Source of the DNA: a virus
Lineage: Duplodnaviria; Caudoviricetes
Direction: 5' to 3' (one strand)
Virus record (IMG/VR): IMGVR_UViG_3300026159_000398
Length of the DNA: 64,000 nucleotides
Shown here: positions 58,807 to 64,000 of the stretch, piece after piece
How positions within the stretch are numbered: the stretch's first letter is position 1
Layout of the letters: each line of letters opens with the position of its first letter
Program-made: the position numbers and the translations under genes
The notes under the pieces: generated by a model
What the model was told of the DNA's origin: nothing
Databases searched by the model: none
The model's input: only the letters and a program-made list of their open reading frames with translations

Positions 58807-60042
58807 TTACCTCTGAATTATTATCTTGTTCATTCCAAGAACATTCCAAATGTCTACAATAATAGCCCCTTTCTTGAAGTTGTTCAAGGAAAGATTTTTG
58901 AATTCTTTGTGATTCATGGCGATGAAAACCACATCACAAAAAATCATAACTTCTTTTTCATGATAGACCCAGAATTTCATGTCATTATCTTTGTCATCAT
59001 ATTCGCCATCAATACCACCGAAATTTGGTTCAGCGATCATGATAGATTTAGGACTCAGACGATCAATGTAACGAATCATCTTCGGCACAAGACTGTCACG
59101 AGTATCATCGGTGTCGGCTTTCATTGTATATCCAAGAACACCGACATTTGCATTCCAGATTTTGTCTTGAACGAGATCAACATAAAACTTAGGCATGAAT
59201 TCGTTGACTTTGTACGCTTGAACGAGAAGATCGGAATGCGGCATGTTTTCGGATATCATGCCAAAATCTTTTCGAAGACAAGTTCCGGCTGCAAATCCAG
59301 GTTTTTTAAGACCATTGTTACGAGGATAATCCTCATTCATGATATCAAAAACTTGAAAAACATCTGCTCCAAATTTATTCGTCAGATATGTGAAATAGTT
59401 TGGAATTGCGAAATTGATATAACGATAAATATTGCAGAGCAGTTTCGAAAGTTCCGCTTCAATAAAATTGCACGGTTTGATTTTGACATTAAAACCAGCA
59501 AAAAGCTCTTTTGCTTTTACTTGAGATGGAACATCTTCGGCGCCGATGATTTGAGGAAGTTCGTAAAGTTCATCGAGTGAGTCGCCTTCAACAATTCGTT
59601 CGGGACACATTGCAATGTAATAATCACGGCCACGATGAAGTTGAGTCGCTTGTAGAATATAGTCAACAAGTTTTGTTGTGGTGCCAGGCGCGACTGTCGA
59701 ACGAAGAATAATCAATCGACCTTCAATTTTATTTTGTTGAATAAGAACATCAATGACACCTTTGATATGAGACAAATCAGTCTCAATATGCTGCATAAGT
59801 GGTGTGCCAACTGTGATGATATACGCTTTTGCATCTTCAGGATTGTAATGAATGGGAACATTGAATCCTTTGTCCATCAGTTCCTGAAAACCAGGTTCTT
59901 CGAATGGCATTTTTCCATTATTGACAAGATCGGAAGTGCGAAGATTCGTATCACAACCGACCACATTTAGACCGTTCTTTTTCAACGCGATTGCAAGAGG
60001 AAGTCCAACCCTACCGCAACCAATTACGCAAACGTCATACAT
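58807..60042 (-). CDS. UDP-sugar 6-dehydrogenase (Ugd/WecC family)
   Basis: GCGRVGLP, VGTP, RSTVAPGTT, PER..EG, AELSKL..N, GTCLRKD and K..TDD.RDS. Confidence 0.92.
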   Translation of the reverse strand: MYDVCVIGCGRVGLPLAIALKKNGLNVVGCDTNLRTSDLVNNGKMPFEEPGFQELMDKGFNVPIHYNPEDAKAYIITVGTPLMQHIETDLSHIKGVIDVLIQQNKIEGRLIILRSTVAPGTTTKLVDYILQATQLHRGRDYYIAMCPERIVEGDSLDELYELPQIIGAEDVPSQVKAKELFAGFNVKIKPCNFIEAELSKLLCNIYRYINFAIPNYFTYLTNKFGADVFQVFDIMNEDYPRNNGLKKPGFAAGTCLRKDFGMISENMPHSDLLVQAYKVNEFMPKFYVDLVQDKIWNANVGVLGYTMKADTDDTRDSLVPKMIRYIDRLSPKSIMIAEPNFGGIDGEYDDKDNDMKFWVYHEKEVMIFCDVVFIAMNHKEFKNLSLNNFKKGAIIVDIWNVLGMNKIIIQR

Positions 60043-60053
60043 TGTCTAACTCC

Positions 60054-60584
60054 TTAACAGTGATGAATAAGATTTGTTTGTTTGTCTATGTAATAACAAT
60101 CTCTGTTGTTATTTGATTCAAGAGCAAGATTAAAGACCTCAATTTCTTTTGTGGTATCGAAAGTTATGACACCTTTGACTTTTTTCAGAACCACTTTCTT
60201 GCCTTCCATAAAGAACAGTTTTGTCCAAGGCGAAATGGTATTGGCTTTTCCAAGATAAAATTCACCTTCGATTTCCATAGGAATTTTATGGTCTTCGGTA
60301 CATTCGAAATAGATTTCATTTTCAAAATCAAAAACAAGGCGAATCATGCCGTTGTTATATGGGCGGCGAGTGGCGTGCAGAACTTTTTTGCGAACATCAA
60401 CGCCAACCTTTTGGTCGAATGAATCAACGAAATATTCTTCATCTTCATGAAAAATACTGGCGAAACGAATCATGGTTATCTCTTCGCCTTTTTTGGTTTC
60501 TTCGTCTCTGAAGATTGTGATAGTGCGGTCGCCAGGAATACAGCAGGCATTGTAAATATTTTTATAAGCTTTGTAGATTTTCAT
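60054..60584 (-). CDS. Stand-alone Hint (intein-like) domain protein
   Basis: Block A CIPGD, block B CTEDHKI, block F VFNL, terminal IHHC. Confidence 0.65.
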   Translation of the reverse strand: MKIYKAYKNIYNACCIPGDRTITIFRDEETKKGEEITMIRFASIFHEDEEYFVDSFDQKVGVDVRKKVLHATRRPYNNGMIRLVFDFENEIYFECTEDHKIPMEIEGEFYLGKANTISPWTKLFFMEGKKVVLKKVKGVITFDTTKEIEVFNLALESNNNRDCYYIDKQTNLIHHC

Positions 60585-60627
60585 TGTTACCTCTGTTATA
60601 AATAATTATATTGTTTGGAAAGATAAA

Positions 60628-61353
60628 TTATTTAGAAATAGTTTCCACTTCAGGTTTTTTACTTCCTTTGTAAAACTTATTTATGACAATAACTTTTGGC
60701 TTCGGTGGTTTGTAACCAGTCATTTCTTCAAAAGTCTTGAATTCTTTTTTGGCTTCGAGCGTGGTTACTCTCCCCTGCAGAATTTCAATTTGTGCTTTAA
60801 GTGGAACAACCACATCATTTTCAAATTTACCGATTTTGTAGCGATAAGTTTCGCCAATAAAGTCACCATCAGTTAGTGCTATGAAACGTGAAAACATTAT
60901 AAGAGCAACAATTGCTACAACTGCGCTTGAAATAATTACAGATAAAAATGCCCAACGACGAAGCATCGTCATATTGATTTTGATTTTCGGTAAAGTTATC
61001 TTGATGACTTTTTTGCTGCGTTCTATTTTGAATTCTGTTTTTGGAACAGGAATGAAGTACGTTTTTTTCACTGGAACCGTAACTACTTGAACATCTTCTG
61101 TTGCGGCAGCAGCGTAGTCTTCAATGACGTCTGTTCTAATGAACGCATTTTTATCGGCAGGATTCATCTCAAATGGAATTTCTTTTTCTACAGGAGGAAG
61201 CCATTCCATTTTTGGAGGTTTGGAATTTTCGTATTGTGGACGGTTTCCTGTAAAATCAATCATCATTCGTGGACGATGTGAAGTGTCGTCAAATAAATCA
61301 CGAATGACACGCCATATTGAACGTTTACTCAGACCTTTTGTTTGCCAACTCAT
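60628..61353 (-). CDS. Membrane-anchored hypothetical protein
   Basis: Single internal TM helix. Confidence 0.65.
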   Translation of the reverse strand: MSWQTKGLSKRSIWRVIRDLFDDTSHRPRMMIDFTGNRPQYENSKPPKMEWLPPVEKEIPFEMNPADKNAFIRTDVIEDYAAAATEDVQVVTVPVKKTYFIPVPKTEFKIERSKKVIKITLPKIKINMTMLRRWAFLSVIISSAVVAIVALIMFSRFIALTDGDFIGETYRYKIGKFENDVVVPLKAQIEILQGRVTTLEAKKEFKTFEEMTGYKPPKPKVIVINKFYKGSKKPEVETISK

Positions 61354-61555
61354 CTCTACTCCATTGTATGAAGCCCCAAACTGAGGCTAGAAAATTGATT
61401 ATAAAGAGAACGACTTGTGACCAAAATCCAACGTACCAGAAATAGACCACAAATCCTAAATTCGAAATTGCCCAAATTATAAAACTCCAACGGCTCTTGT
61501 AGATATTCAGAGCCGTTCCAGCAATCGCGATAATCGATAACATCCAAGGAATCAT
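61325..61555 (-). CDS. Small PnuC-like membrane protein
   Basis: Three TM helices, W..W..SN and WGFIQW. Confidence 0.5.
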   Translation of the reverse strand: MIPWMLSIIAIAGTALNIYKSRWSFIIWAISNLGFVVYFWYVGFWSQVVLFIINFLASVWGFIQWSRDELANKRSE

Positions 61556-62154
61556 ATTTTAAGAAATTTCCTCCGTTCCATAATCCATTGCGCTTTTGCG
61601 GTGTCCATGTCATACAGCATGTTTTGAAGTTTCACCATCATGCGCGTATAATCCATCATGGTGCATTCACCTTCAAGCGTATCTTGAGGATGAATTTTAA
61701 GTTCTCCATCGACATCAAGCTTGTATTTCAGAAATTTGTAATGAGTACCAAAATACAAAAACATTTGTTGCTTTTCATCATAATCGATATTAGCACTTTC
61801 TTCATAGTTTGAAGGTCGAACTTTCTTAATCCACTTATACATTTCTGTAAGTTCGGATTTCGAATAGACACCTTCAACGTACGCCCAATCGTCAAGATAT
61901 TGGAGATTGGATTCGTAAAATCTTATGAATGCTTGAAACAACATTTCAAGCGAATAAGAAGTATACGAATGACCCATCGTATTCCAGATCATTTTCAGAT
62001 ATGAAAGTTTGTCATACTGAAGTGCGCAGAATTTTTTAAACGCATGCCATTTGATTTTGACCCAGCGTCTGAATGTGTCAATAAACAAAAATGCCAGCAT
62101 TGAAAATCCAATAACGAGAACAGTTATAAAGAAAGCTCCAATCCAAAAAGTCAT
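61552..62154 (-). CDS. Membrane-anchored hypothetical protein
   Basis: N-terminal TM helix. Confidence 0.6.
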   Translation of the reverse strand: MTFWIGAFFITVLVIGFSMLAFLFIDTFRRWVKIKWHAFKKFCALQYDKLSYLKMIWNTMGHSYTSYSLEMLFQAFIRFYESNLQYLDDWAYVEGVYSKSELTEMYKWIKKVRPSNYEESANIDYDEKQQMFLYFGTHYKFLKYKLDVDGELKIHPQDTLEGECTMMDYTRMMVKLQNMLYDMDTAKAQWIMERRKFLKI

Positions 62155-62157
62155 AAT

Positions 62158-62679
62158 TTACCTCACTTCAAAAAATTCTTTTACATTTACATTTCGAGCA
62201 TAAACTGTATTGCTCTTGATGGCATTGACATACGACCAATTTTTGTAATTGGCACGAATGGAAGCTGGACCAGCATTATAAAATCGCAACGCTTCAGTGC
62301 GATTTCCTTTTGCAATCGTAAGACAATATTTGTAGTATTTCATTCCATAGTGGACATTAACAAATGGGTCAAATAAATCTTCAGTATTTGCAGGGCCGTT
62401 ATACGGCATCACTTGGCATAAACCGCGTGCACCAACACATGAAACTGCTCTTGGATTAAAGTCGCTTTCTGATTTCATGAGTGCGGCAATTTCTTCTTTT
62501 GGAATTCCAAATTCGTTAAAACCGCATTGTACTGCGAGATAAATTGTGTAAGTGAATTTTGCGCCGTAATATTTGCGAAGTTTCAAATAATCGCCATAAC
62601 CATCATCAACAAATCCGGGGAGCAACATTGTAGATGACATTAAAACAACTGCCATATAATATTTTACTCGGAATTTCAT
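62158..62679 (-). CDS. Lytic transglycosylase (SLT domain)
   Basis: ESDFNPRAVS..GARGLCQ and YNAGP. Confidence 0.92.
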   Translation of the reverse strand: MKFRVKYYMAVVLMSSTMLLPGFVDDGYGDYLKLRKYYGAKFTYTIYLAVQCGFNEFGIPKEEIAALMKSESDFNPRAVSCVGARGLCQVMPYNGPANTEDLFDPFVNVHYGMKYYKYCLTIAKGNRTEALRFYNAGPASIRANYKNWSYVNAIKSNTVYARNVNVKEFFEVR

Positions 62680-62724
62680 GATGAATTATATTAAATAGAA
62701 GGAACAAACATTTAGGAAAATGGG

Positions 62725-62755
62725 AAGCGCCATGCGGGCATGCATGGCGCTTCGG
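62725..62755 (-). terminator. GC-rich hairpin, probable terminator
   Basis: GAAGCGCCAUGC/GCAUGGCGCUUC 12-bp stem, weak U-tract. Confidence 0.55.
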
Positions 62756-63893
62756 GATATTCACAAATAAATTAACTAAATTATAAAATAAATAAAATAT
62801 AAATTATCTTGCTTACTTCATTGGAATCACCTCGCTTATTGGTCCAACAGGAAACTATGTCCTATTAAAAGTTGGTACCAGTAAATTTGCCCGAATTATT
62901 TAAAAACCGAGTCTTGGCATTTCTGGCAGAGACCCGAAATTTTAAATTCACGGCGAGAAAGCTCATCGCGAAAATCATCGCTGTTCACGACGGTTTTGCA
63001 GAAAGGACATTTTCCTTCCTTAACAAGCTTGACTTTATCAGGAAAAATTGTTCCAACGATTTTGTCGTTCATTACGCACTCCCCCTATTGTAGTGTTGTA
63101 TTTGGTTCAGCGGTCAATTGTCTTTCAAAAAGTTGGCTTAATTCCATTAAGAGCAAAAAATTCTCAGTGACCATCTCGTCTTCAAGAGGGGATTCTCCGC
63201 CACCATTGTACGTGACAATCACTATGCCTTTGCCATTTGAATCTCGCACAACCGTCAGCTTTTCGATATAGCGCCCCTCATACAAATAGAGAGAACCTTC
63301 TTCGAATTTCATTTCCGAAGCGTGGTTGCTCTCTATGATTTCAATTATTTTTTCGTACACGTTTGCAGCGAGACGAAAATATTCTACTGTGAGTTCAGCC
63401 ATTCGTTTTGTTTTCATGGTAATTGGTATTCCATCCTTTTAGCCACTCTTTCCCAGACCGGATACTCTTCAAAAAAGACGCAGCCGAAATTTGCGCTAAC
63501 ATCGAAGGCTTCTACGTCGGCAGTTGCATTACCATGCACACTAAGTTCGACATAAACGCCATCATCATCATAAAGCTTCTCTTTGAGTCTGACACACTCA
63601 CTAGATTTCGGTTCATAAAGAGGTTCGAAAGTCCAGCGATTGTGTTCCCAAAATCGGCAATTTTTACATCTATTGTCGTTTTTGATAATCACCTCAAATT
63701 AAAATTGCTGTGGCATGGCCAGCATCTTGTTCGGGGTTGTTCAACTGGCTCCCACCGACATGGCCACAATTCTAAAAGTATAATAACGTCCACCGTATAT
63801 TTAACGTCCCTGATGGATGAGGATGTCCTTGGCGCATTACAGATTCCGTCCCATGCTCAACATTTTTAGAATCGCTTTCTCCAAGTAGACGAT

Positions 63894-63971
63894 TTGCCGG
63901 GGAGGGATTCGAACCCTCTTTCTATCCGAATTTGGCTGAACGAAAAGTCGATACAGCTAACATCTCCGGCA
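63894..63971 (-). ncRNA. tRNA-like element (acceptor + T-arm, no canonical anticodon arm)
   Basis: UGCCGG/CCGGCA and GAGGG-UUCGAAU-CCCUC. Confidence 0.5.
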
Positions 63972-64000
63972 ACCAAATAATTAGTTTATAATAGCTCCGC

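Noticed and set aside
58909-59580. Long plus-strand ORFs antisense to real genes (also 48035-48646, 28150-28734, 53620-54147)
   Set aside because: Antisense shadows of well-supported minus-strand genes, with no motifs
1-64000. CRISPR array, rRNA or IS transposase
   Set aside because: No regularly spaced repeats, rRNA-like segments or transposase motifs seen by eye

Overview
64 kb fragment of an AT-rich, T4-superfamily-like large (probably jumbo) phage genome, mostly transcribed from the minus strand in the standard genetic code. Core genes: terminase large subunit, gp55-like and sigma70-like sigma factors, gp26-like baseplate proteins, gp41 helicase, gp61 primase, gp2 end protector, ATP-dependent ligase, ThyX, dCMP deaminase and a lytic transglycosylase. 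A cytosine hypermodification cluster links a T4 gp42-like enzyme to a glycosyltransferase, kinase, methyltransferase, UDG-like protein, epimerase and nucleotide-sugar dehydrogenase. Ten free-standing homing endonucleases are present. The most striking content is a translation-protection module: 27 tRNAs covering all 20 amino acids (five with C33 in place of the invariant U33), a tmRNA (tag AEEQLAA), PTH2, Ro60/TROVE with three Y-RNA-type elements, and several aberrant tRNA-like RNAs. Best candidates for undescribed systems: (1) a leader-peptide attenuator (40716-40897) whose codons sample almost one-for-one the downstream tRNA set, a putative 'tRNA census' sensor; (2) a Ro60 autoregulatory attenuator built from a circularly permuted Y-RNA helix (25355-25511); (3) a covarying kissing-loop leader that hides the Shine-Dalgarno of two unrelated homing endonucleases. 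All structures were folded by eye and all family calls rest on motif recognition; no database search was run.
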